A DNA stretch of 64,000 nucleotides from Anaerolineae bacterium (GTDB lineage: Bacteria > Chloroflexota > Anaerolineae > B4-G1 > SLSP01), in assembly GCA_034433375.1 (NCBI GenBank), contig DAOUAQ010000116.1:16442-80441 (forward strand), read 5' to 3'. This document shows, piece after piece, positions 9,601 to 18,220 of the stretch. Under the pieces are notes generated by a model that worked only from the letters and a program-made list of their open reading frames with translations, did not search any database and had not been told where the DNA came from. A program made the translations under genes and the position numbers. Position 1 is the stretch's first letter. The number at the start of each line of letters is the position of its first letter.

Positions 9601-10886
9601 TAGTGGATCAAACCAGCGGCGAAAGCCAGTGGGCATCCAGCACGAAAGTGCCACTACGGGATGAGAATGGTCAAATCACCGGTTTTGTGGGGCTGACGCG
9701 CGATATTACCGAACGCAAACGCACGGAAGCTGTGCTGCGTCGGCGCAACATGCAACTGCAAACCGTAGCCGAAGTGGCGCGCACAGCCGGCGGCGTTATG
9801 GACCTGGAGACGTTGATGCAGCAGTCCGTAGATTTGCTGCGCGCGCAACTCGACCTGTATTACGTCGGCCTCTTCCTCGTGGATGTGACGGTGGCGCCGG
9901 CTGAATTTGCCAGCGCCCGCCGCCAGCAATGGGCTGTGTTGCGCGCCGGGACCGGCGCGGCTGGCGCGCAGATGGTCGCGCGCGGCCATCGTCTTGAGGT
10001 CGGCGGAACCTCGATGATTGGGCAATGTGTGGCGACGGGGCAAGCGCGTATCGCGTTGGACGTAGGGGCTGAGGCGGTGCGCTTCGAGAATCCGTTGTTG
10101 CCTGATACGCGCTCGGAGCTGGCGCTGCCGCTCATCAGCCGCGGTGGAACAATCGGCGCGCTGAGCATCCAAAGCACAGAAGCATCCGCCTTTAGCGCGG
10201 AAGATGTCACCGTGCTGCAAGCTCTGGCCGACCAGTTAGCCAACGCCATAACGAACATCCGCTTGTTCGAACAAACACAAAGCGCCTTGCGCGATCTGGA
10301 AATGATTCAACACCAGTATTTGCGCGAAGCCTGGCGCGGGTATCAGGCCGCCGGGTTGCCCACCGATTATGAAGTGACGCGCCCAGGTGTGACACCTTTG
10401 CGCGACATAGGCGGCGCGCAGGCCGTGTTGCCAGAAATCCAGGCGGCGCTGGCCCGGCAGGGCGCGGTCGTGCTGTCGGAGCGTGAGGCGCACATCAACG
10501 ACTATGCCGCCCTCGTCGCTCCGATCACACAGCGCGGCGAGAGCATCGGCGCCTTGGGTATTCACGACGAAGATAGCGGGCGCGAGTGGACCGAAGACGA
10601 AATCGCCCTGCTTGAGACAGTCGCCGAGCGCATGGGCATCGTCGCCGAAACGCTGCGGTTGCTCGAAGAGACGCAGCGCACCGCCGGGCGCGAATACCTG
10701 ACCCGCCAGATCACCGACCAGATTCGCGGAGCGGTCACGGTGAATGAGGCCATCCAGCGCGCAATCCGGCAGTTGGGCGATGCGTTGGGCGCCGAGATGA
10801 TCGCGCACATTGATGTCGGACAGGGTGTGGCTTCTGGTGCGCCCGAGAAGGGGGAAAATGATGCAAACTCAGTCGTCGCCAGTTGA
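6627..10886 (+). CDS. LacI-type PBP core (no HTH), GAF, tandem PAS, GAF(s) and the family tail; large cytoplasmic sensor
   Basis: The ORF runs 6567..10886. Likely starts are ATG 6627 or 6639, where 'GGAGGAAACC' lies upstream of 6639. The N-terminus 'RPTLGLFIDSLTMGYQIALFQGVDALARERDANLLVFVGG...MDNYAGMRAVVQHLVEVHGYRRIAFLHKQEGHPENDARYNAYVDVL...LVGFDD' is paralogous to 828..3704. Two PAS modules are present ('LMDTLMDNTPDHIYFKDRESRFIRAS...GISRDITERRRAE' and 'LLRTLIDNLPDYIYIKDRQSRFLINN...GLTRDITERKRTE'). Two ~70% identical GAF copies flank them. Confidence 0.7.
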   Translation: MEETMAMRSKRVKKAPADTGTSRQQRPTLGLFIDSLTMGYQIALFQGVDALARERDANLLVFVGGALPPAGSPALLDNVLYDLLGEDIVDGVILSSGSVGTGISLGEMQAFCERFRPLPQASIALPLAGIPSVLMDNYAGMRAVVQHLVEVHGYRRIAFLHKQEGHPENDARYNAYVDVLAEHGIAVDPDLVIPGVHYNTPETGLRLLFDERRLRPRIDVEALVAVDDRVGLQILDILQARGVRVPDDVALVGFDDVEDSRYVTPSLTTARQPLQAQGRGAAELVLAQIQGEAVAPQTRLQADLVVRRSCGCLDTIVRQAHVEPVVRASADPALPLDGALTARREDILADIVGTVATRDVTDHARARITEQVGWLVDAFVTTLKAIEAAVPSEIFLWTLDEILRQTVLEQRDVTAWQDGLSVLRRHALSCACAVTVLTQVENLFQQARVMIGGAAQQAQASQRLQAGRRDQTLREVGQTLITAAKVEELADVIISELSRLDIPSSYLSLYVDQRAPATGSKLLLAYDRVRGFEQKSAIHFPSRQLVPEGFFPTDRRYSMVVIPLYFLNAQLGRALFEIGPREGSIYDALRGQISSALQNVLLTERMAARALQLQTAAEVARAASGMLDPAALVQQVVTLVRERFHLYYAGLFLVEVDADNPELQWAVLRAGTGEAGAQMVAQGHRLLVGGTSMIGWCVAHREARVALDVGLEKVRQPHPLLPDTRSELALPLISRGQVIGALTIQSTVQAAFSQEDIIVLQTLADQLANAIGNARLYEALEFEQYLMDTLMDNTPDHIYFKDRESRFIRASRSQTARFGLATPQEIVGKSDFDFFSEAHARPAYDDEQRIIRTGEAMPEIMERETWPDQPDTWVTTVKMPMRDRDGAIIGTFGISRDITERRRAEIQLAAERNLLRTLIDNLPDYIYIKDRQSRFLINNSAHLHVLGAKTQEEVAGKTDFDIFPPELAIQYYTDEQKLMEAGETLIDREEPVVDQTSGESQWASSTKVPLRDENGQITGFVGLTRDITERKRTEAVLRRRNMQLQTVAEVARTAGGVMDLETLMQQSVDLLRAQLDLYYVGLFLVDVTVAPAEFASARRQQWAVLRAGTGAAGAQMVARGHRLEVGGTSMIGQCVATGQARIALDVGAEAVRFENPLLPDTRSELALPLISRGGTIGALSIQSTEASAFSAEDVTVLQALADQLANAITNIRLFEQTQSALRDLEMIQHQYLREAWRGYQAAGLPTDYEVTRPGVTPLRDIGGAQAVLPEIQAALARQGAVVLSEREAHINDYAALVAPITQRGESIGALGIHDEDSGREWTEDEIALLETVAERMGIVAETLRLLEETQRTAGREYLTRQITDQIRGAVTVNEAIQRAIRQLGDALGAEMIAHIDVGQGVASGAPEKGENDANSVVAS

Positions 10887-12243
10887 GATGGATCAGGAAC
10901 AAGCCCGGCGCGTCCAGATGACTCGGGCAGTCATACAAGTTTCGACGGCCGCTGCGGCTGTGATCCTGATCGTTTTTGCGAATTTGTGGATCGCCGGATC
11001 CCAATTTGCGGGTCGGTACGTCGCAGTGGTGGCTCTGGGATTCCTCATGCTCGGTGGTATTAGTTTATGGCTGATTCGCCGCCGCCACTTGAATCCAGCT
11101 ATTACAGTTTACATATTTGCATTGATTGCCGGTCTGACGATGGCTATCTATCTCCTGGGTGGTGTGACCGGACCGGTAACAGTTGGTTTTGTGATGGCGG
11201 CGGTAATTGTTGGATTGATTGGCGGCGCCCGATCGTTGAGTCATGCCGCCATCACCATGGGGGTCATTTATTTGACGATGGCGATTCTGGAGGCTACCCA
11301 CGTGCTGCATCCGCCCCGGATACCCGATACGTCCGTCTGGTTGATCGAGATTGTTTTCTTTTTAGCGATATTTGTGGTGACAGCGTTGGTGGCGAGAACA
11401 TTTGTCAACCAGAGTGGGCGCGCTATGGCTGAGGAGCAGCAGCGCAGCCTTGAACTGGCTCAGGCCAGTCGCCAGGCCGAGGAATTGGCGCTGACCGAGC
11501 GCGAACTGCGTGAACGAGAGGCGCACTCGTCGGCGCACCTCCGCGAGACTGTCGCCGGCTATGCTGACTATCTGTCGCGTGTGGCTGCCGGAGATTTTGC
11601 GGCGCGCGTGGATGTGGGCATGTTGGAAGAGGACGTCGAAGGCGACCGTGAACTGCACGCGCTGGGTGAATATCTTAACTCGACAGTGGATGCGCTGGTT
11701 GCTGCACTGACCCAGGCCCAGGAAGCGCAGCGGCGCTATACAGAACAGGCATGGAAAACTTTCATAGAGTCGGGGCGTGTGCAGCCAGGATTTGCCTACC
11801 GGAAAAATCAAATCACACCGGACGCCGAGTGGCTACCGCAGATGACCCGGGCTGTGGACAGCGGAGCGCCCGTAGTGCAGGATGCGGGTGCGGGCGTGCC
11901 GTTGGTCGTCAACCGGCAGATCGTGGGCGCTATCGGCGGCCAGCACCCCGATGGACGGCCCTGGACCACAGAAGAGTTGGCTTTGATCGAAGATGTGACC
12001 GGGCAGCTCGCGCAGACGATTGAAAGCCTGCGGTTGTTCGACGACGTGCAGCGTCGCGCCGCCCAAGAGCAGGTGATCGGTGACGTGACGGCGCGGATGC
12101 GCGAGTCACTGGATATGGAGACCGTGCTCAGAACCGCGGTGGATGAGATGCGCCAGGCGCTAGGCCTGGAAGGCGTCATCGTGCAACTGGCAAGGCCAGA
12201 AACTGTGCGTGACGAGCTGGACACGCAGCAACCGCCGGTATAG
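10858..12243 (+). CDS. Membrane protein (4-5 TM), HAMP-like/coiled-coil region, short GAF-like domain and the family tail (type B)
   Basis: The ORF runs 10810..12243. The probable start is ATG 10858 ('MMQTQSSPVEM') with 'GAAGGGGGAA' upstream. It overlaps the preceding gene by 29 nt. Internal motif 'LGEYLNSTVDALVAALTQAQEAQRRY' is present. The tail is 'QRRAAQEQVIGDVTARMRESLDMETVLRTAVDEMRQALGLEGVIVQL'. It is paralogous to 31880..33283. Confidence 0.65.
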   Translation: MMQTQSSPVEMDQEQARRVQMTRAVIQVSTAAAAVILIVFANLWIAGSQFAGRYVAVVALGFLMLGGISLWLIRRRHLNPAITVYIFALIAGLTMAIYLLGGVTGPVTVGFVMAAVIVGLIGGARSLSHAAITMGVIYLTMAILEATHVLHPPRIPDTSVWLIEIVFFLAIFVVTALVARTFVNQSGRAMAEEQQRSLELAQASRQAEELALTERELREREAHSSAHLRETVAGYADYLSRVAAGDFAARVDVGMLEEDVEGDRELHALGEYLNSTVDALVAALTQAQEAQRRYTEQAWKTFIESGRVQPGFAYRKNQITPDAEWLPQMTRAVDSGAPVVQDAGAGVPLVVNRQIVGAIGGQHPDGRPWTTEELALIEDVTGQLAQTIESLRLFDDVQRRAAQEQVIGDVTARMRESLDMETVLRTAVDEMRQALGLEGVIVQLARPETVRDELDTQQPPV

Positions 12244-12261
12244 GTGAGGAGGAACGTGAGT

Positions 12262-14025
12262 ATGTGGATGCGCATCAGACAATTCCTTGCGCCGCCGGTG
12301 TTTGAAGGCGATGAGGATAAGACTCAGACTGCTGGCCTCGTCAACACGATCTTGCTGGCCGTCATCGTGTTGATCAGTGTGGCCTCACTCGTCGTTGTGC
12401 TCGTGCTGCGTATTTACGCGCTGATGGGCACACTTTACCTGAGCATGATGCTGCCTATGCTGGTGGCGCTGTGGCTATTGCGGCGCGGTCACGTAAGTGG
12501 CGCTGCTGCCATCATCGTCGGCGCCTTGTGGCTGGTGCTGGTCGTGTCGGGGGCGTTTATTGGTGGGATCATCAACGCCGGTTATACGACGGTTACACTG
12601 GTGATTATCATTGCTGCGTTGCTGCTAGGTGGGCGCGGCGGCATCATTGTCACCGTCGTCAGCATTGTGGCGATCACTATCGTCTACATCACAGAGATGA
12701 CCGGTATCCTGCCTTCTCCGGCGCGTCCAGACGATCCGACGAGTTTCTTCGTCAACCATATCCTTAATTATGGGATGTCCGGGGCCTTGCTGTATCTGGC
12801 GATGCGCAATCTGCGAATGGCGCTTCAGCGCGCCCGACGGCTGGCTGGCGAGTCAGAACTACAACGAGAGCAGTTACAATTGCTGGTGCAACAGCGTACC
12901 CATGACTTTGAGCGTAACGCCAATTACCTGCGGGCAACAACGGCTGTCACGCAAGAGTCCGTGGCGGCCATGGGTGATCCCCAAGAATTATATACTCGTG
13001 TCGTCAACATCATTCAAAATCAATTTGGCTATTACCATGTTGGTCTCTATTTGCTCGACGACAATGCCGAATGGGTTGAATTGCGCGCTGCCTCTGGCAT
13101 CGGTGCGGAACTGGCTACGCAAGGTTTCCGTCTACAGGCTGGTATTGAGGGTATGATTGGCGATGTGGCGCGCCGTGGAACCTACCGTTTAGCCGAAGAC
13201 GTTGGCGAAGATGCGCTGTATCTGTCGCAAGAACTCCTGCGCGACACGCGTTCCGAGTTGGTCCTGCCCTTGCAAACCCGCAATCAAATCATCGGCGTGT
13301 TGGATATACAAAGCGCCGCCGCGCGCGCATTTACTGCGCAGGACGTGCAGACCTTTCAGGCTCTGGCGGATCAAGTGGCGATGGCAATCAGTAACGCACG
13401 TCTGGTGGAACAGGTTCGCCAGGCGGCTGAAGTGGAGCGCCGGATCTATAGCGCGCAAACCGGTGAGGCGTGGCAAAATCTGCTGCGCGCCAGCGAACGA
13501 CTGGGCTTTTACAGCACCGAACAGGCAACCGCCCCAGCCGCCAATCTCTGGCAACCGGAGATGAAGACGGCTTTGCAGACCGGTGGAACGGTGCAGGCTC
13601 CCCAAGATACCCGGCGGTTAGCTGTGCCGGTCAAAGTGCGCGATGAAGTGATCGGGGTCATTGATTTTGCCAAGCCGGATGCCGGCAGCACGTGGACGGC
13701 GGAGGAAATCACCCTGGCGGAATCGCTCACCGAGCAGCTAGGAATAGCCCTGGACAGCGCCCGCTTGTATCAGGACTCGCAACGTCGCGCCACACGTGAG
13801 CGGATGATTGCCTCCGTCGGCGCGCGGGTGCGGGAAACGCTGGAATTGGAGACGATGTTGCAGGTGGCGGTGCAGGAGATTCGTCAGGCGCTGAATCTCG
13901 ACGATATGGTAGTGCGCTTGGCAACACCGGACATGCTGGATGAGCCATCGTCTACCGATAAAGCACCTGACTTCACTGAAAAAACCACCAAGTCGCCAAG
14001 AACGCCAAGGTTTTTTAATGGTTAG
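12262..14025 (+). CDS. Membrane-anchored GAF sensor (type A): N-terminal 'MWxxIRxFLxPPVFEGDED' motif, ~6 TM, two GAF domains and the family tail
   Basis: The ORF runs 12244..14025. The start at ATG 12262 ('MWMRIRQFLAPPVFEGDEDKTQTAGL') is preceded by 'GAGGAGG' at 12246-12252. GAF motifs 'FGYYHVGLYLLDDNAEWVELRAASG' and 'LLRDTRSELVLPLQTRNQIIGVLDIQS' are present. The tail is 'QRRATRERMIASVGARVRETLELETMLQVAVQEIRQALNLDDMVVRL'. Confidence 0.7.
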   Translation: MWMRIRQFLAPPVFEGDEDKTQTAGLVNTILLAVIVLISVASLVVVLVLRIYALMGTLYLSMMLPMLVALWLLRRGHVSGAAAIIVGALWLVLVVSGAFIGGIINAGYTTVTLVIIIAALLLGGRGGIIVTVVSIVAITIVYITEMTGILPSPARPDDPTSFFVNHILNYGMSGALLYLAMRNLRMALQRARRLAGESELQREQLQLLVQQRTHDFERNANYLRATTAVTQESVAAMGDPQELYTRVVNIIQNQFGYYHVGLYLLDDNAEWVELRAASGIGAELATQGFRLQAGIEGMIGDVARRGTYRLAEDVGEDALYLSQELLRDTRSELVLPLQTRNQIIGVLDIQSAAARAFTAQDVQTFQALADQVAMAISNARLVEQVRQAAEVERRIYSAQTGEAWQNLLRASERLGFYSTEQATAPAANLWQPEMKTALQTGGTVQAPQDTRRLAVPVKVRDEVIGVIDFAKPDAGSTWTAEEITLAESLTEQLGIALDSARLYQDSQRRATRERMIASVGARVRETLELETMLQVAVQEIRQALNLDDMVVRLATPDMLDEPSSTDKAPDFTEKTTKSPRTPRFFNG

Positions 14026-14086
14026 ATGAAGATAATTTGTGAAAACGGGTGAATCTCTTGAAATTATTCATCAATTATTCGATTTT

Positions 14087-14110
14087 CTTGGCGAACTTGG
14101 CGTCTTGGCG
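14087..14110. repeat. Three tandem CTTGGCG heptamers (spacings 9 and 8 bp) in the largest intergenic gap of the GAF array
   Basis: CTTGGCG occurs at 14087-14093, 14096-14102 and 14104-14110. A direct repeat 'GAAAGTGAAACGACGCA' / 'GAAGTGAAACGGCGCA' follows at 14146-14178. Together they sit 25-120 nt upstream of ATG 14204. Confidence 0.5.
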
Positions 14111-14203
14111 GTCAAGAAGGACTTTTTGCAGTAGACTCAGCACCTGAAAGTGAAACGACGCAGAAGTGAAACGGCGCATAGCAGGGATCGTGGAGGCTTC
14201 GGA

Positions 14204-16462
14204 ATGAAGAAAACTGGCTTAACGACGCTCGGCGGATTTGTAAGCATCGGTATGTTATTACTAGGGATGCTGACGTCCGCGTGGAAGATGCCGGTGTCTG
14301 CCCAGTCGCCACAGCGGCGAGTTTTGTACATTAACTCCTATCACCGTGGCTACAAATTTTCGGACGACATCACGCGCGGTATCGAAGCGTTGCTCAAAGC
14401 GCCGGGCATGAACGTTGACCTTCAAGTAGAGTATATGGATACCAAACGCATCGCCACCGAGGCATATCTCGAGCAACTCTATCAACTTTACAAGGTCAAG
14501 TTCCATGATAAAAAGTTTGATCTCGTCATCTCATCCGACGACGCCGCATTGAACTTTCTCTTTAAGCATGGCGACGACCTGTTTCCGCACACACCGGTGG
14601 TCTTCTGCGGCGCGAACTTCTTTGATGTGACCCGGCTGGCCGGCCGCGAACTGTACACCGGCGTGAGCGAGTTGGCAGACATCAAAGGGACGTTGGGCCT
14701 GGCGCTCCAACTGCACCCGGCGACACAGCGCATCATCGTCATCAACGATACCTCGGTGACCGGCCAGCGGATCCATGACCGGCTGATGCAGATCATCCCG
14801 GACTATCCCAACGTCGAGTTCACCTTACTTGAAGATGTTTCGATGGCCGAAATACGCGAGAAGGTCAGCACCTTGCCGCCCGATAGTTTAGTCTATTTCA
14901 CCATCTTTTTCACCGATAGTGTTGGCGGATATTATGAGTACGACGTGGGGATGCAGCAAGTGGCCGGCGCCAGCGTCGTGCCGGTTTACGGGACGTGGGA
15001 TTTCAGCCTGGGCTTTGGCATCGTCGGCGGGAAACTCACCAGCGGCTATACCGAGGGCGAACGCGTCGCGCAACTCGCCGTGCGCATCCTCAACGGCGAG
15101 CGCCCCCAAGACATTCCGGTGGTACAAGAAATCGTCAGCCGTTATATGTTTGACTATGAGCAACTGCGGCGTTGGAATATCCCTGAAGCGGCGTTACCCG
15201 AAGATAGCTACATTCTCAACAAACCTTTCTCTTTTTACGAAACCTATCGTGAACTGGTGTGGAGTGTGGGCTTCAGCCTCGTCGTGCTCGGTGTCGCCGT
15301 AGGCATCCTGTCGGTTAGCGTTGTGCGACGGCGGCGAACGGAAACCGTCCTGCGGGACCGCAACCAGGAGCTGCAGGAGATTCGCACCTCACTGGAACAG
15401 CGCGTCGAAGAACGCACGGCAGCCTATGTCCAGCGGGCAACCCTGTTGCAGGCGGCGACGGAAGTATCGCAGACAACCACCGAGATCGCCGAACTCTCCA
15501 TCTTGCTACCGCGTGTGGTGGAACTGGTGCGTGAGCGGTTTAACCTGTATTACGCCGGGCTGTTCCTGGTGGACGAAGAAGGGCGTTGGGCCACATTGCG
15601 CGCCGGCACCGGGGCAGCCGGCCAGCAGATGTTAGCGCAGAACTGGCGTTTGGAAGTGGGCGGGCGCTCCATGATTGGGCGCTGCGTGGCGACGGGACGC
15701 GCCGATATCCAGTTGGATGTGGGTGAAGCGGCGGTGCGTTTTGACAACCCCTTCTTGCCGCAGACGCGCTCCGAGATGGCGCTGCCTTTGCGCGCGCGTG
15801 ACCAGGTCATCGGCGCGATGACCATCCAGAGTGATCGCCCGGCCGCTTTTAGCGATGACGATATCCGCACCATGCAGACTATGGCGGACCAAATTGCCAT
15901 CGCCATCAGCAACGCGCGGCTCTTTGAGCAAGTCCAAGAACGGTTCGCAGCTGAGCGGCGGATGTATGGCGAACGCACCGGCGCGGCGTGGCGCACACTG
16001 GCGCAGACAGAATCCGGTCTGGGATACCTGAGTGATCGCCGCCGGATTGTCCCGGCGGGTGATCTGTGGCGTCCGGAGATGCGCGCGGCTTTACGTTCTG
16101 GACAGATGAGCACTGGCGAGCAGGGCAACACCGTGGCGATGCCGTTGACCGTGCGCGATCAGGTGGTCGGCGTGATTGACGGAACCAAGCCGAATGGCGC
16201 GGTGTGGACCGAGGAAGAAATCAGTTTGTTCACGGCCATGATTGACCAATTGAACGTCGCTCTGGAAGGCGCGCAACTCTACCGCGAATCCCAACGCGCG
16301 GCAGTCCGTGAACAACTATTCAGCCAGGTCAGTGGGCGCATCCGGCAGGAACTTGATCTCGAAGCCGTACTCAAAACCACGGTTGATCAAATCCAAGAAG
16401 TTCTCGGACTTGATCGAGCCACGATTCGCCTGGTGCATGACGTGGATCAAGATAAGGGATAA
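14204..16462 (+). CDS. COG2984/ABC_sub_bind-type periplasmic binding domain, TM, GAF x2 and the family tail
   Basis: The ORF runs 14150..16462. The likely start is ATG 14204 ('MKKTGLTTLGGFVSIGMLLLG', signal-like) with 'GTGGAGG' upstream. Periplasmic domain 'RRVLYINSYHRGYKFSDDITRGIEALL...FDLVISSDDAALNFLFKHGDDLFPHTPVVFCGAN' resembles ABC-transporter substrate-binding-like sensor domains. A TM segment follows ('VWSVGFSLVVLGVAVGILSV'). GAF motifs are 'LVRERFNLYYAGLFLVDEEG' and 'NPFLPQTRSEMALPLRARDQVIGAMTIQS'. Confidence 0.65.
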   Translation: MKKTGLTTLGGFVSIGMLLLGMLTSAWKMPVSAQSPQRRVLYINSYHRGYKFSDDITRGIEALLKAPGMNVDLQVEYMDTKRIATEAYLEQLYQLYKVKFHDKKFDLVISSDDAALNFLFKHGDDLFPHTPVVFCGANFFDVTRLAGRELYTGVSELADIKGTLGLALQLHPATQRIIVINDTSVTGQRIHDRLMQIIPDYPNVEFTLLEDVSMAEIREKVSTLPPDSLVYFTIFFTDSVGGYYEYDVGMQQVAGASVVPVYGTWDFSLGFGIVGGKLTSGYTEGERVAQLAVRILNGERPQDIPVVQEIVSRYMFDYEQLRRWNIPEAALPEDSYILNKPFSFYETYRELVWSVGFSLVVLGVAVGILSVSVVRRRRTETVLRDRNQELQEIRTSLEQRVEERTAAYVQRATLLQAATEVSQTTTEIAELSILLPRVVELVRERFNLYYAGLFLVDEEGRWATLRAGTGAAGQQMLAQNWRLEVGGRSMIGRCVATGRADIQLDVGEAAVRFDNPFLPQTRSEMALPLRARDQVIGAMTIQSDRPAAFSDDDIRTMQTMADQIAIAISNARLFEQVQERFAAERRMYGERTGAAWRTLAQTESGLGYLSDRRRIVPAGDLWRPEMRAALRSGQMSTGEQGNTVAMPLTVRDQVVGVIDGTKPNGAVWTEEEISLFTAMIDQLNVALEGAQLYRESQRAAVREQLFSQVSGRIRQELDLEAVLKTTVDQIQEVLGLDRATIRLVHDVDQDKG

Positions 16463-16478
16463 CAGGTGGGAGAGCGTT

Positions 16479-18218
16479 ATGGCCGAATCAAGTAATAGAG
16501 ACAACACAAACATCGCTGAAAACCAGGACATTCATGCCTGGCAGCAGCAACTCATTCGTGGTGTGTTGCTGGCGCTGGTTATAGCTGGCCCTCTGGCAAT
16601 CTTGGCTGGCTCGTATTATGCGTATGTGACCAATACCCTGTGGTTCATCCCTGGTTATCTGATCGCCTATGGTCTCTTGGTGGCGGCTTCATTCTGGCGG
16701 CGCGGTCCTTACCTGGTGCGGGTCGGTATTTTTCTAACATTCATCTACATCATTGGAGTTCTTGACTTCTTTCAGGATGGACGTGGGGGCAGTGGGCGGA
16801 TTTTCTTGCTAGGTTTGGTCGGCATGGCGAGCTTGTTTCTGAACCGTCGTGGGCGGGTGCTGGTCTCGCTTCTTGTTTTAGCCACTATGATATTATTAAC
16901 GATTGCCTTTTCTTCGGGCTGGGTCAGTATCCTCCCGCAGAACGAGGTGAATTCGACCGATTGGGTTGGGTGGGTGACTAACACCGTGGTTTTGCTGTTG
17001 ATCATGGTTTTGTTACAGGCGGGAAGCGGTTACCTGGTTCCCAACATGATGGCCGCTTTGGAGCAGGGTCGGCGTTTGACGCGCGAGTTGGAGGCGCAGC
17101 GCGCCGCTTTGGAGCGCACGGTCGCCGAGCGGACTGAAGCCCTGACACGGCGCGCGCGTTACCTGGAAGCGACGGCGGATGTGGCGCGCGGTGTCTCGGC
17201 GGTGTTGGAGATTGGCGATTTACTGTCAACGTCAGTGCGTTTGATTAGCGCGCGGATGGGCTTTTATCACACCGGCCTCTTTTTCATTGACCCCGCCGGC
17301 GAGTGGGCGGAACTGCAGGCGGCTTCCAGTGTGGGGGGGCAGCGTATGCTGGCGCGTGGGCATCGTCTGCGCGTTGGCGAGCAAGGCATTGTCGGCGATG
17401 TGGCAGCGCGCGGCAAACCGCGTATTGCCCTCGACGTAGGGCAAGATGCCGTTTTCTTCAACAATCCCGACTTGCCGGAGACGCGCTCCGAGATAGCCCT
17501 GCCGCTTCGCGCGCGCGGACAAGTCTTTGGAGTGTTGGACGTGCAGAGTACGGAACGCGAGGCGTTCACTCAGGAGGATGCCAATGTGCTACAAACCCTG
17601 GCCGACCAGGTGGCGTTGGCGATTAGCAACGCGCGTTTGTTCTACGAAGCGCAAGAAAGCCTGGCAGCTCAACAACGTTTGTATGCTCAGATAAGCGGTG
17701 AGGCCTGGCATACACTGCTGAGCGAACAAGGTGCGTTAGGCTTCGTCAAGCAAAAAGGCGCTCTGCTGCCGGCCGCGGACGCATGGAGTCAAGAGGCTGT
17801 TCAGGCGTTGAAAACTGGGCAGGTAATGCAGGGCGATCGCACCGCGGGGACGCCGACGCCGACGCTGGCCGTACCCATCAAGAGCGGCGACAGGGTGATC
17901 GCGGTGCTTGATGCGCAACTGCCCACCGGGACTACCGCGTGGACACCGGATCAGATTGCGTTGCTGCAATCGTTGTCCGAGCAGGTGGCGCAAGCCATGG
18001 AACGCGCGCGGCTCTACCGGGACACGCAGCGCCGCGCCGCGCGCGAACGTCTGGTCGGCGAAGCAACCGGGCGCATCCGCGAGTCACTTGATATTGAAAC
18101 CGTACTCAAGACGACGGCGAGTGAGATCCGTCAGGCGCTCGATCTGGACACTCTGGTGATCCGCTTGGTAACGCCCGAGACGGACGCCGTCCCCCGGCCT
18201 GGCGCAGAAAGGACATAA
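16479..18218 (+). CDS. Membrane-anchored GAF sensor (type A) with the family tail
   Basis: The ORF runs 16308..18218. The likely start is ATG 16479 ('MAESSNRDNT') with 'GGTGGGAGAG' upstream. ~6 TM segments are present. GAF motif 'FYHTGLFFIDPAGEWAELQAASSVGGQRMLARGHRLRVGEQGIVGDVAARG...NPDLPETRSEIALPLRARGQVFGVLDVQS' is present. The tail is 'QRRAARERLVGEATGRIRESLDIETVLKTTASEIRQALDLDTLVIRL'. Confidence 0.7.
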   Translation: MAESSNRDNTNIAENQDIHAWQQQLIRGVLLALVIAGPLAILAGSYYAYVTNTLWFIPGYLIAYGLLVAASFWRRGPYLVRVGIFLTFIYIIGVLDFFQDGRGGSGRIFLLGLVGMASLFLNRRGRVLVSLLVLATMILLTIAFSSGWVSILPQNEVNSTDWVGWVTNTVVLLLIMVLLQAGSGYLVPNMMAALEQGRRLTRELEAQRAALERTVAERTEALTRRARYLEATADVARGVSAVLEIGDLLSTSVRLISARMGFYHTGLFFIDPAGEWAELQAASSVGGQRMLARGHRLRVGEQGIVGDVAARGKPRIALDVGQDAVFFNNPDLPETRSEIALPLRARGQVFGVLDVQSTEREAFTQEDANVLQTLADQVALAISNARLFYEAQESLAAQQRLYAQISGEAWHTLLSEQGALGFVKQKGALLPAADAWSQEAVQALKTGQVMQGDRTAGTPTPTLAVPIKSGDRVIAVLDAQLPTGTTAWTPDQIALLQSLSEQVAQAMERARLYRDTQRRAARERLVGEATGRIRESLDIETVLKTTASEIRQALDLDTLVIRLVTPETDAVPRPGAERT

Positions 18219-18220
18219 GT

